Positions 1-8,114 of a stretch of DNA of 26,604 nucleotides are shown in pieces (the first letter of the stretch is position 1; each line of letters opens with the position of its first letter). The stretch lies in assembly GCA_036701775.1 (NCBI GenBank), contig JAUBRH010000074.1; one strand, 5' to 3'. Source of the DNA: Microcoleus sp. N9_A2 (GTDB lineage Bacteria > Cyanobacteriota > Cyanobacteriia > Cyanobacteriales > Microcoleaceae). The notes beneath the pieces are model-generated. The model saw only the letters and a list, made by a program, of their open reading frames with translations, was not told the origin of the DNA and searched no databases. The position numbers and the translations under genes were made by a program.

Positions 1-97
1 AGCAACAGCTTGCCTGAGATTCAAAGGTGGCTACTTCTAGCTGTGCTCATTTTTTAGTCTAAACTACAGTATAAAAATATTGACTCTTTAAAAGTTC

Positions 98-160
98 GTA
101 GTGAGGACTTCAGTCCTCTGTTGAGGGAGTTGAGTTAAGAAGGACTAAAGTCTTCACTAC
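98..160. repeat. Inverted pair of a short palindromic dispersed repeat (GTAGTGAGGACTTCAGTCCT / AGGACTAAAGTCTTCACTAC)
   Basis: Arms 98-117 and 141-160 are reverse complements at 17 of 20 positions. The first arm also contains its own 6-bp hairpin, GAGGAC-ttca-GTCCTC (103-118). The element lies downstream of the cysK stop. Confidence 0.5.
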
Positions 161-226
161 AAACAACAGCAGAGCGTAGAGTGTACGCCCTGCTTTTAGT
201 TTTTGGGACTGATCCCCAAAGCCAAC

Positions 227-1189
227 CTAGTTGACAGCCATCGCCAGATTGAGTTCTGGATCTTGGAACAAGGGAGTGCTGAGGTAGCGTTCGCCGAAAC
301 TAGGCTGAATCATCACAATCAATTTCCCGGCATTTTCGGGACGCTTGCCGATTTTCAAAGCCGCACACAGTGCCGCACCGCTGGAAATACCGGACAAAAG
401 TCCTTCTTCTCTGGCTAAGCGACGCCCGTAGGCGATCGCCTCGTCATCGCTAACAATTATCACTTCGTCGATCGCATTCACATTCAGCACCGGCGGCACA
501 AAACCAGCACCGATACCTTGAATTTTGTGAGGCCCAGGCTTTCCGCCCGAAAGTACCTGACTGTTAGCCGGCTCAACGGCGATCGCCTTAAACTCGGGTT
601 TCCGCGACTTAATCACCTCTGCAACACCCGTAATCGTACCGCCAGTGCCGACTCCAGAAATCAGGAAATCCACCTCGCCGTCGGTATCTGCCCAAATTTC
701 CTCAGCCGTTGTCAAACGGTGAACGTCCGGGTTCGCCGGATTCCGAAACTGCTGCAACATATACGCATTCGGAGTTTTGTCCACAATCTCTTGAGCGCGG
801 CGGATGCAGCCGCTCATGCCCTCAATGCCGGGAGTTAGTTCTAGTTGGGCCCCGTAAGCACGCAACATCGATCGGCGTTCGGTGCTCATCGTATCCGGCA
901 TTGTCAAAATCAACTGGTAGCCCTTAGCCGCCGCCACCATTGCCAAAGCAATTCCGGTATTGCCAGAAGTCGGTTCCACTAAAACCGTTTTGCCTGGACT
1001 AATCAGCCCTTCGGCCTCGGCTTGATTGACCATACTGACACCAATCCGGTCTTTTACCGATGCTGCCGGATTCATGCCTTCGAGTTTGACCACAATCCGA
1101 GCCAAGCAGCCTTCGGCTTGGGGAATGCGGTTGAGTTGCACCAGGGGTGTGTGCCCCACCAATTCTGTAATGTCGCCAGCAATACGCAT
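227..1189 (-). CDS. cysK: Cysteine synthase A (O-acetylserine sulfhydrylase), PLP-dependent
   Basis: 320-aa ORF. It has the PLP-lysine motif [10 protein letters not shown], the [10 protein letters not shown] loop and [10 protein letters not shown], and resembles CysK over its full length. Confidence 0.95.
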   Translation of the reverse strand: MRIAGDITELVGHTPLVQLNRIPQAEGCLARIVVKLEGMNPAASVKDRIGVSMVNQAEAEGLISPGKTVLVEPTSGNTGIALAMVAAAKGYQLILTMPDTMSTERRSMLRAYGAQLELTPGIEGMSGCIRRAQEIVDKTPNAYMLQQFRNPANPDVHRLTTAEEIWADTDGEVDFLISGVGTGGTITGVAEVIKSRKPEFKAIAVEPANSQVLSGGKPGPHKIQGIGAGFVPPVLNVNAIDEVIIVSDDEAIAYGRRLAREEGLLSGISSGAALCAALKIGKRPENAGKLIVMIQPSFGERYLSTPLFQDPELNLAMAVN

Positions 1190-1245
1190 AATCTTTGTCA
1201 GTTGGTTGTTGAAAGTAAATGTTAATTCCTAGTTGGCAATACTAA

Positions 1246-1686
1246 CTAGATGTAATACATAATATCGAGCTGCCGTCTGCCATTGCGTTTTTCGCGCAGA
1301 TCCTGTAGCGTGTATTTTTGCAACACCAAGTTGGCAGTCGATCGCGCTTCTTGCCAAACTTCCCAAATCACCGCACTTTCTACAGTTTGAGCAGGCGAGT
1401 CTTTTTGGGAGCGATCGAACTCTGAGCCTTCGAGACAGTTGATAATTTCTAGGAGTGTAATTTTCCAGGGTTCCCTCGCCAAGATATAACCTCCCTTAGC
1501 TCCTCGCTGGCTGCGAATCAGCCCGCAACGTCTCATGGTAGCCAGCAATTGTTCTAAATATCGATCGGGAATATTTTGCTGAGCCGCTATCTGGCGAATT
1601 TGCAGAGGCTCGCCTTCTTCGTAGCAATCGGCAAGCTCCAGCAAAGCTAAGATTGCGTATTCGCTTTTACAGGAGAGTTCTACCAT
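1246..1686 (-). CDS. Rrf2-family transcriptional regulator (CymR-like, no Fe-S cysteine triad)
   Basis: The N-terminus MVELSCKSEYAILALLELA and the winged-helix segment IPDRYLEQLL...GLIRSQRGAKGGYILA are typical Rrf2. The ORF track begins at a TTG (1713) placed directly after GGAG, so the ATG at 1686 is the more plausible start. The only Cys in the C-terminal half is in INCLEG. Confidence 0.88.
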   Translation of the reverse strand: MVELSCKSEYAILALLELADCYEEGEPLQIRQIAAQQNIPDRYLEQLLATMRRCGLIRSQRGAKGGYILAREPWKITLLEIINCLEGSEFDRSQKDSPAQTVESAVIWEVWQEARSTANLVLQKYTLQDLREKRNGRRQLDIMYYI

Positions 1687-1983
1687 AATTGCTTCAAATA
1701 TCAGAATTATCAACTCCGAAGTCAGATGTTAAAATTCTCCTCAATGTTGAGTTGCCAATTCTAACTCCTAACTTTACCTTTTATTATACCCCGGTTTTCC
1801 ACTGAACTTAATCGACTTTCGTCACTTCATCCTTGGGACGATCGGCACTCTCGCTTCTGTGAAACCTGCGTTGCTAGTTTCGACTCTCTCCGCTTCCACG
1901 ACGGCATTATATCAAATCTTTTAGCATCGGAATTCTTCCTATCTCTCTTCTCAACAAGCGCGTGAGTCAGCGTCAATCCCTCG

Positions 1984-2056
1984 TCATCTGCGGTGAAGAA
2001 ATTCTATTTTTTGAACCGCAGATGAGGGCAGATCAACACAGATGAACGCAGATGAA
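1984..2056. repeat. Hairpin plus CAGATGA-rich imperfect tandem repeat (dispersed cyanobacterial repeat type)
   Basis: TCATCTGCGGT (1984-1994) and ACCGCAGATGA (2015-2025) form a perfect 11-bp inverted repeat. This is followed by cagatgaGGGcagatcaaCAcagatgaaCGcagatgaa. A related motif, ccgcagagaacacagagaacacagag, occurs at 23710-23735. Confidence 0.5.
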
Positions 2057-2210
2057 TTCCGGTTGCACCATCGGGAATTGTTAAATGTTGACTGGATTTT
2101 ACTATTCCGATGCTACCGGAATTGATATTACCTCAAGAAACCGGGTTTCTGCGTCTACGACTAATAATTTTTAATTTTTAATAGATTCTCGGCGCCCCCT
2201 TTGTCCCGAA

Positions 2211-2239
2211 AACAAAAAAGCCCTGCAGCAGGCAGGGCT
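2211..2239 (-). terminator. Rho-independent terminator of the porin gene
   Basis: On the minus strand the sequence reads AGCCCTGCctgcGCAGGGCT followed by TTTTTTGTTTT. It lies about 70 nt after the porin stop at 2308. Confidence 0.75.
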
Positions 2240-2307
2240 AAACTGGGCCTTTAGAGTTGCCAGCAGAGAGGGTATTACCGCCTCCCCCTGCCTCCTCTAA
2301 CCCGCTC

Positions 2308-4515
2308 TTAGAACGTGAAAGTAGTTCTCAGAGTACCAATAATGATGTCATCATTACGGTCATCTTGATTAGGATTTGTCACCCAAATCACGCCCGGAGT
2401 AACAGAAATGTTGTCCGAAAGCTGAAACTTGTAGAACCCTTCAACGTGATAGGAATCATCGTTGCGGAAGCTCCGCAAACTCCTCGAAGCTTCAAGTTTA
2501 TCCAAGTAAGGCTCACGACCTACCACCAGCCCTAGCAAGTTGCCTTCTTTCCCTAAATCAGGCAAAGCCAAGGTGACAGCGTAGTTCCAGATTTTCGCAT
2601 CGCCGATGCCGAGAATGCGGGCATTGGTTAAACCGGCCCAGCCACCAAGGATAAATCTCGGGCTCAGTCGCAACGAAGCCTGAGCTCCATAGGAGTTGGT
2701 GACAACTTTGCGAGCGCCGAAGCCCTCAAAGCCTTCGCTCAAACCGTTGAGAGAATTAGCCACGCCGGTACCAGTGAAACCGCCGAGATTGTCGATTCCA
2801 TTCCCCAAACCGTTGTCAAAGCCAAAGTTACCTCGGTTAAAGTAACCGTGGTTATAGTTGAAAGCAACTTGCAAGTTGCGTCCAGGGGTAAAAGTCAACT
2901 GACCCATCGCCGCGTAGTCGCCGTTCAACAAGCCTGCGCCCCTAGCCGGACTGGCTGGATTTGACGCCAAATAACCAAATGACAGAGAAGTTGGGCCGAA
3001 CACGCCGCCCAGTAAGCCCCTGCCGCCAAAGGCATAGTCAAAGCCAATACCTGCACCGCCACCTAAGCGATAAATGGGGTTCCGCTGTCCAAAGGCGCTC
3101 AATGACCCGTTGCCACCGTCAAAGTCTTCAAAGTAAGGGTTGACAGTCGGCAGAATGTCGTCCCACACGACAGCGTTGGCTGCAAGGGTAACGTTCAGTC
3201 GCTGACCGACGGGGAACTTGTACAGCAAGGTGTCGAGGGCAACAACGTTGTCGGTTCTGCCGACTACATTCCAAGTTTGAGTGCCTTCGCTGGTAGCACC
3301 AAGGTTGAAGTTGCGACCGTTGCCGACTTGAAGCCTGGTCAGCAGTAAGTCTCTGCCGGTGAAGCTCGTATTTAAATTTAGACGCACCCGTTGTTGGAAG
3401 ACAGCTTCGTTGTTGTCGCTGCCGACTCTTCTTTCGTCTCTGCCAAACAAGCCAACGTTCCCACCAAAGTCATCGCTGAGAGCGAAAATTGCTTCCCCAG
3501 TCAGCTTGGTAGTGGTGGAGAATTGGTTGGCTTCGAGTTCGGATGTCCGAGCTTCCAGAGCATCGACGCGACCGCGCAGGGTTGCCAGTTCCGCTGCAAA
3601 TTCTTCTTGGAGCCGTTGGAGGGCTGCCAAGTCATCTCTCGTAGCGAAGTTGCCAGTGCCGCCTCTAATTAGCTCGCTCACCTTGTCTAAGCAAGCATTT
3701 AAACCGGCTGCGAATTCGTAGCGGGTCATGGCCCGGTTGCCGCGGAAGGTGCCGTCGGGATAACCAGCAATACAGCCGTAGCGCTCGACTAGGGATTGCA
3801 ATGCTTGGAATGCCCAGTCTGTGGGCCGCACGTCGGAAAGTTGAGATACTGAGGTAACTTGACCTTCAGTTTCGCCGCCGGCAGCACCTTCGGTGCTGTA
3901 CTGGTTGAGCTGTTCTAATGTGGCGGCTGGGTTTTGCTCTTGTGGTGCGGCAGTTTGGGCTAAGGATTCAGCCGGTTGTGGCAAACTTTGTTCTGCCGAC
4001 TCTGCCACTGCCGGGGCTGGAGTTTCTAATTGAACTGCACCGATTTGCTCTGGGAGAGCGGTAGCTGCCGGGGCTGGAGTTTCTACTTGGGCTGCTGGGG
4101 CAGAATTTTCTACTGGTTGAGCGACTGTTGGCTCAACTGCGGCTAAAGATTCACTTGTAGGTTGTGATGCCGCTTGGGGATTTGCCTCAGCAGGGGCTGT
4201 GTTGGCTCCGACGATCGCACTTTCAGTTGCAGCAGTGGCCACATCTGCCATCGCTGCCTGGGTTGCGCTGCCAGCGACTTGGGAAATTTCTTCTACTGGC
4301 TCGGAGGCTGCAGTTGTTTCGGAAACAGCAGCTAAAGCATTTAGTTTCGCTTCGGAGGTTTCAGCGGTTTCAGCGCTTTCAGCTTTAGCGACAGCGGGAT
4401 TTAGCGCATCAGCAGGCTGCTGAGCGTCTGCTGCCATCGCGCTCGAAGAAACTACTAGGGTAGCTCCTAAGACTGCTGGGCTGATTAGTAAGTAACTCCA
4501 CAAAAATTTCGACAT
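2308..4515 (-). CDS. Outer-membrane porin with N-terminal SLH domain and OprB-like beta-barrel (cyanobacterial 'iron uptake porin' type)
   Basis: The protein has a signal peptide (MSKFLWSYLLISPAVLGATLVVSSSAMA), a long A/E/P/T-rich linker and an SLH motif (DVRPTDWAFQALQSLVERYGCIAGYPDGTFRGNRAMTRYEFAAGL). It continues with a coiled-coil segment, a Gly/aromatic-rich barrel and a C-terminal F. The ATG at 4515 has GAGG/GAGAG upstream, so it is preferred over the GTG at 4533. Confidence 0.88.
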   Translation of the reverse strand: MSKFLWSYLLISPAVLGATLVVSSSAMAADAQQPADALNPAVAKAESAETAETSEAKLNALAAVSETTAASEPVEEISQVAGSATQAAMADVATAATESAIVGANTAPAEANPQAASQPTSESLAAVEPTVAQPVENSAPAAQVETPAPAATALPEQIGAVQLETPAPAVAESAEQSLPQPAESLAQTAAPQEQNPAATLEQLNQYSTEGAAGGETEGQVTSVSQLSDVRPTDWAFQALQSLVERYGCIAGYPDGTFRGNRAMTRYEFAAGLNACLDKVSELIRGGTGNFATRDDLAALQRLQEEFAAELATLRGRVDALEARTSELEANQFSTTTKLTGEAIFALSDDFGGNVGLFGRDERRVGSDNNEAVFQQRVRLNLNTSFTGRDLLLTRLQVGNGRNFNLGATSEGTQTWNVVGRTDNVVALDTLLYKFPVGQRLNVTLAANAVVWDDILPTVNPYFEDFDGGNGSLSAFGQRNPIYRLGGGAGIGFDYAFGGRGLLGGVFGPTSLSFGYLASNPASPARGAGLLNGDYAAMGQLTFTPGRNLQVAFNYNHGYFNRGNFGFDNGLGNGIDNLGGFTGTGVANSLNGLSEGFEGFGARKVVTNSYGAQASLRLSPRFILGGWAGLTNARILGIGDAKIWNYAVTLALPDLGKEGNLLGLVVGREPYLDKLEASRSLRSFRNDDSYHVEGFYKFQLSDNISVTPGVIWVTNPNQDDRNDDIIIGTLRTTFTF

Positions 4516-4840
4516 ATTCACTCTCATCCTCACACCGATTACAGAGAAACTTTTTTAGTCTTCTATGTGGTCAGTCGTTGCTCCACTAGCATACTCTAAA
4601 AAGAGACCTAAAATTCACTTTTTCTTTTGATTCTTTCGGGCTGACCTAGTATATAGATGTGACTGATGGCTACAGAGAGCCTGTTTTTTTGCCTGTACTC
4701 AACGGCGTCAAAACCAGACCAGGCTTGGGCTGTCGATTGATTTTACTGATGACACTTGATAGCGCCCGATCGCCTATTTACTTTTTAGCACAGCACGCCC
4801 GACTCGTCTAGGCTGATTCGACTTTAACCGATACTTTTTT

Positions 4841-4857
4841 GCTAACATTTGCTAACA
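4841..4857. repeat. GCTAACA-ttt-GCTAACA direct heptamer pair
   Basis: Read directly from the sequence. Its reverse complement TGTTAGCAAATGT recurs at 5090-5102 (as TAGCAAATGTTAG) and 5107-5120. Confidence 0.6.
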
Positions 4858-5089
4858 AATACATATTGAGAGCTGATCTCAACCAAGGTGTATCAACTGA
4901 TGCCCGTAGAATTTTCTACAAGCTCTTATATTCTTGCGTTCAGCTTGGTTATCGCTTACAGCTATTAGCCAATCTGATTATTTGCTTGGATAATGTAGAG
5001 GCAACTTATTTATATAGCGGTTGCGTACTACCAAGGTTTTTCACCTAAATCTGAGTGGCTAAATTCATTCTATATGATATGAAAACCTC

Positions 5090-5120
5090 TAGCAAATGTT
5101 AGTGATTGTTAGCAAATGTC
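5090..5120. repeat. Two copies of TGTTAGCAAATGT-type motif, inverted relative to 4841-4857
   Basis: TAGCAAATGTTAG (5090-5102) and TGTTAGCAAATGTC (5107-5120). They lie immediately downstream of the HD-GYP gene stop at 5136. Confidence 0.6.
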
Positions 5121-5135
5121 AGAAAACTTTTAGTG

Positions 5136-6773
5136 TTAATCAACCTCCAAGCTGTGCCCGAGAACGCTAAAGACTTGGCGATGATCGAACAATTCTAACA
5201 AATCAGCGTTGATTTTGTTGTGAGCTGCTTCTTGCCGCAAAATTTTCATCGCTGCCTCTGTACGCAGGGCTCGCTTGTAGGGGCGATCGCCTGCTGTCAG
5301 GGCGTCGTAAATATCGGCGATCGTCATCAATTGCGCTTGAATTGGAATTTCTGACTTGTTTAGACCTCGCGGATAACCTGTGCCGTCGAGTTTTTCGTGA
5401 TGTCCGTAGGCAATGTCTGGAACATTTTTCAAATCCTTTGTCCAAGGAATTTGTTTCAGAAACTCGTAAGTGTGAGTTACGTGAAATTCTATTGCTGATC
5501 GTTCTTCCGGCGTCAGGTTGCCCCTCGACACCATCAATTGCACGATCTCGTCTTGGTTCAGCAGGGGTTTCTTTGCCCCATCTATATCTCTGTAAGTTTG
5601 TCGAGAAATTTCTCGCAGTTGAGCTAGCGGTTCTGCTGCCAAAATGTGAGGCTCGTTTGCCTCTAGCAGCACTTCCCAGTATTCTGCTAATCTGGTTTTC
5701 GCCTCTGCTAGCTTAGTGTCTAGCTGTTCGATTTCCTGGCATTGAGCGCACTCTGGCTCCTGGATCGGGTGTTGTCGGTAGGCTGAATGCTCCAGCAAGT
5801 ATTTATATTTAGACTGGACGCATTCCATTTCCATTGTCCGTTGAGCTAAGCCAAAGCGGTGGCGAATGATTTCTAGCTGTGCGGGGTAGAGCTTTTTCTG
5901 TTTGGTCAAAATTGCTTCGGGTACTCCAATTTTGCCAAAATCGTGCAGCAGGGCGGCGTAGCGAAGTTCTTGAATTTGGCGGTTGTTAAAGTAAATAGAG
6001 CGCAGTCCTCCGCTGCTGACGGTGTTTACTTCTTCTGAAAGGCTTACTGTGAGGGCTGCTACTCGTTCTGAATGGCCGTAGGTACAGGGGTCTCTGGCTT
6101 CTATGACTTGTACCGAGGCTTTGACGAAGCCCTCGAACAAATGTTCTATGCTGTCTTGGAGTTGATTGCGCTCGATCGAGATTGCTGCTTGAGAAGCGAG
6201 CGATCGAACTATCCTTTCTTCCCACTCCGAATACTGCTGCGTCGATTCCCAGGCATTGTCTGCTGTCAGCACCGTATCTGCCTTTGTTTTGCGGTTGATC
6301 AATTGCAGTACACCTATTGTCTCCCCCTGTCGGTTTTGCATCGGCAGTACCATTACCGAGCAGGTGCGGTAATTAATATCCCTGTCAAAACTGGTATCTA
6401 GCCGGTAGGGTACGCCCGAGGGTAAGTCGTAGGCATCAGACAGGTTCAAACTTTGACCTGTAATTGCCACGTATCCTGCCAAACTTTTGTCTGTCAGCGG
6501 CAGAGCAAACTCTTTAAACGACAGGCTCGGTTTAGAAGCGTTTTGGGCTACCTTGAACAGCAGCTTAGATGTTTCGTCGCTGTGATCTACTAAGTAAACG
6601 CTGCCAGCATCGCTGTAGGTAATTTCCCTACTTTTGGATAAAATTAAGTTTAACAAGTCGCTCAAATCTTGGGCGCTCGACAGAGCCGCGCCAATATCTA
6701 AAAGCTTTTCTATCAGATCGGTTTTTTCTGCTGCAGACTCGTTCTTGAACTCTGGCTTTTCAAATACGATCAT
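5136..6773 (-). CDS. GAF domain / HD-GYP domain protein (putative c-di-GMP phosphodiesterase or signalling protein)
   Basis: 545 aa. The N-terminal half looks like a GAF domain. The HD motif is LLHDFGKIGVP and the GYP motif is HHEKLDGTGYPRGL. Confidence 0.9.
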   Translation of the reverse strand: MIVFEKPEFKNESAAEKTDLIEKLLDIGAALSSAQDLSDLLNLILSKSREITYSDAGSVYLVDHSDETSKLLFKVAQNASKPSLSFKEFALPLTDKSLAGYVAITGQSLNLSDAYDLPSGVPYRLDTSFDRDINYRTCSVMVLPMQNRQGETIGVLQLINRKTKADTVLTADNAWESTQQYSEWEERIVRSLASQAAISIERNQLQDSIEHLFEGFVKASVQVIEARDPCTYGHSERVAALTVSLSEEVNTVSSGGLRSIYFNNRQIQELRYAALLHDFGKIGVPEAILTKQKKLYPAQLEIIRHRFGLAQRTMEMECVQSKYKYLLEHSAYRQHPIQEPECAQCQEIEQLDTKLAEAKTRLAEYWEVLLEANEPHILAAEPLAQLREISRQTYRDIDGAKKPLLNQDEIVQLMVSRGNLTPEERSAIEFHVTHTYEFLKQIPWTKDLKNVPDIAYGHHEKLDGTGYPRGLNKSEIPIQAQLMTIADIYDALTAGDRPYKRALRTEAAMKILRQEAAHNKINADLLELFDHRQVFSVLGHSLEVD

Positions 6774-6932
6774 GGTCGGAGGATGGGGAATAGCCTTTTA
6801 TACATTGAACGTTGGGCCTCTCGACTTTTTCACACCCGATTTTAACCCCAAGTCGATTTTTTATTTGCGAGCTTTCCGCGATCGGCGACTGTGGCTAGAT
6901 GCAGGACTCTTGTTGGGTCAACTGGCACTCTT

Positions 6933-7214
6933 TTAATCTAGCGCAGAAATCTCTTGAGCTAGCGCAAAGTCTTTCTCAGTTAAGCCTCCGGCATCGTGGG
7001 TTGTTAAGTTAACTGTAACTTTGTTGTAGGAGATTTCTATGTCGGGGTGATGTCCTGCGGCTTCTGAGGGGGCGACCAACTTATTTACAAAGGCGATCGC
7101 TTCGATAAAATCTTTAAATGAACCTGTACACCGCAGTTGTTTACCTTCAACCGTCCACCCTGACAATTGACTGGCGCGCTCTTGAATTTCTGTATCGTTA
7201 AGTAGGTCAGCCAT
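6933..7214 (-). CDS. 4a-hydroxytetrahydrobiopterin (pterin-4-alpha-carbinolamine) dehydratase
   Basis: 93 aa. The motifs LSGWTVEGKQL, FVNKLVAPSEAAGHHPDIEISYNKV and LTTHDAGGLTEKDFALA are typical of PCD/DCoH. Confidence 0.9.
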   Translation of the reverse strand: MADLLNDTEIQERASQLSGWTVEGKQLRCTGSFKDFIEAIAFVNKLVAPSEAAGHHPDIEISYNKVTVNLTTHDAGGLTEKDFALAQEISALD

Positions 7215-7285
7215 AATTTATTTTACTTTGGGATTAGCAATGGCAGATTAATAGTCCACCTGCAGAAAATCCTACCAAAAACTAT

Positions 7286-7356
7286 CCGCTCTCACCAATA
7301 GTATTGAGCCTCAAGTTTTAACACTCAAGATTTAACACTATTTGAGGTGAGAGCGG
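7286..7356. promoter_or_regulatory. Hairpin (11-bp perfect arms) enclosing two tandem 14-mers TCAAGWTTTAACAC, upstream of the dehydratase gene
   Basis: The arms are CCGCTCTCACC (7286-7296) and GGTGAGAGCGG (7346-7356). The tandem 14-mers are tcaagTtttaacac (7311-7324) and tcaagAtttaacac (7325-7338), which differ at one base. The element lies about 100-125 bp upstream of the start at 7214 on the minus strand. Confidence 0.35.
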
Positions 7357-7368
7357 TCTAGCGGGTCT

Positions 7369-7499
7369 TCAGATTAGAACCTGACTGCCGGGAGAATCCC
7401 TAGCTCAGCCTGGTTCCCGATGGAATTCGTTTCCAGTTGGAAACGAGGGCTGGCTGCTAGTGAGCGGCCCCGGCGCACAGCCGGTAGTTTCCAATCTGA
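7369..7499 (+). ncRNA. Candidate structured RNA of unknown class (multi-branch fold)
   Basis: A closing helix pairs 7369-7379 with 7489-7499 (10 bp, 1 mismatch) and continues as CTGCCGG (7385-7391) with CCGGTAG (7481-7487). Internal elements are the hairpins CGTTTCC-agtt-GGAAACG (7428-7445) and GGTTCC-cgat-GGAATT (7412-7427), plus CTAGC/CAGCC pairing with GGCTG/GCTAG (7400-7410 with 7448-7460). The G-U pairs favour the + strand. I recognised no known family. Confidence 0.3.
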
Positions 7500-8004
7500 T
7501 GACCCATGAGTTTACTACCTATCATGGGCATCACCTCCGGGATTAGCTAAATGGTTTAATATTTGAACGCACCTCACCCAAATACAAGATTTGGTGTGAG
7601 GATTTGTGCGCTAGCCCTTGCCAGCGTAACCGAAAGAACCTGCGTTCTGAGTATCATTTCAGTAATCACAATTATTAGAATAACACAAGGAATTAGAAGT
7701 GGGGGGATGCAAATTGATATTTTTGCAAGATGCGGGCAAATTACTGACGGAGCGAGGTTTTCGATCGATCTCTACAGCCAGCGGACGATCGCAGTTTCAG
7801 CCATTTGCCTATATTTTCTTCAGAATCCGGGCTGTGCGGTTATCAGGTGCATGGCAACTCTGGCGGCGGGGAAAGGCCGATCGATTTCTTGCCAGATAGG
7901 AGAGTTCACCAGATATAAAAAAACAAGTTGTTCTAGCCGCAGGCAGACTTGGTTTTTGTAGAAAATAAACTTTTTTTAGGGCGCTAATGCGCTCGAATCC
8001 TGCA

Positions 8005-8040
8005 AACAAAAAGCTCCCGCCACCAGGCAGGAGCTTTTTA
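8005..8040 (-). terminator. Rho-independent terminator of psbD (palindromic, could act bidirectionally)
   Basis: The minus strand reads AAAAAGCTCCTGCC-tggt-GGCGGGAGCTTTTTGTTTG. A second 8-bp hairpin, AAGGGTAA/TTACCCTT, lies at 8047-8081, closer to the stop. Confidence 0.8.
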
Positions 8041-8114
8041 AGCATTAAGGGTAAAGCCTAAAGTGCTTTATCTTACCCTTTTAAAATGTTGGAAATTTTG
8101 ATATTTCGCGCTGA

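Noticed and set aside
7399-7416. tRNA-like D-loop string CCCTAGCTCAGCCTGGTT
   Set aside because: It has no matching D-stem closure, anticodon arm, T-arm (GGTTCGAATCC-type) or acceptor pairing, so it is not a tRNA.
7563-7961. 132-aa ORF (+), with overlapping ORFs 7699-7899 (+) and 7809-8045 (-), in the large gap
   Set aside because: Their Cys/Arg/Ser-rich composition is not protein-like, and I recognised no motif and saw no Shine-Dalgarno-like element. The minus-strand ORF runs through the psbD terminator hairpin. I treat the region as non-coding.
7215-8004. Possibility that the gap holds RNase P RNA, tmRNA, SRP RNA, or a TPP or cobalamin riboswitch
   Set aside because: I looked on both strands for the conserved cores: GAGGAAAGUCCGGGC and ACAGAAnCCGGCUUA in the correct order, a GGGGCUG 5' end with a UCCACCA 3' end, GGAAGCAGCC, CUGAGA...ACCUGAUCUGGAUAAUGCCAGCG, and GCCACUG. 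Only a loose CAGAAUCCGGGCUGU string at about 7821 was found, without its partner motifs.
7990-8114. Expected psbC gene overlapping or following the 3' end of psbD
   Set aside because: There is no CP43-like ORF downstream of psbD on the minus strand. Two hairpins, one followed by a U-tract, come directly after the stop codon instead. This is therefore a monocistronic psbD copy.
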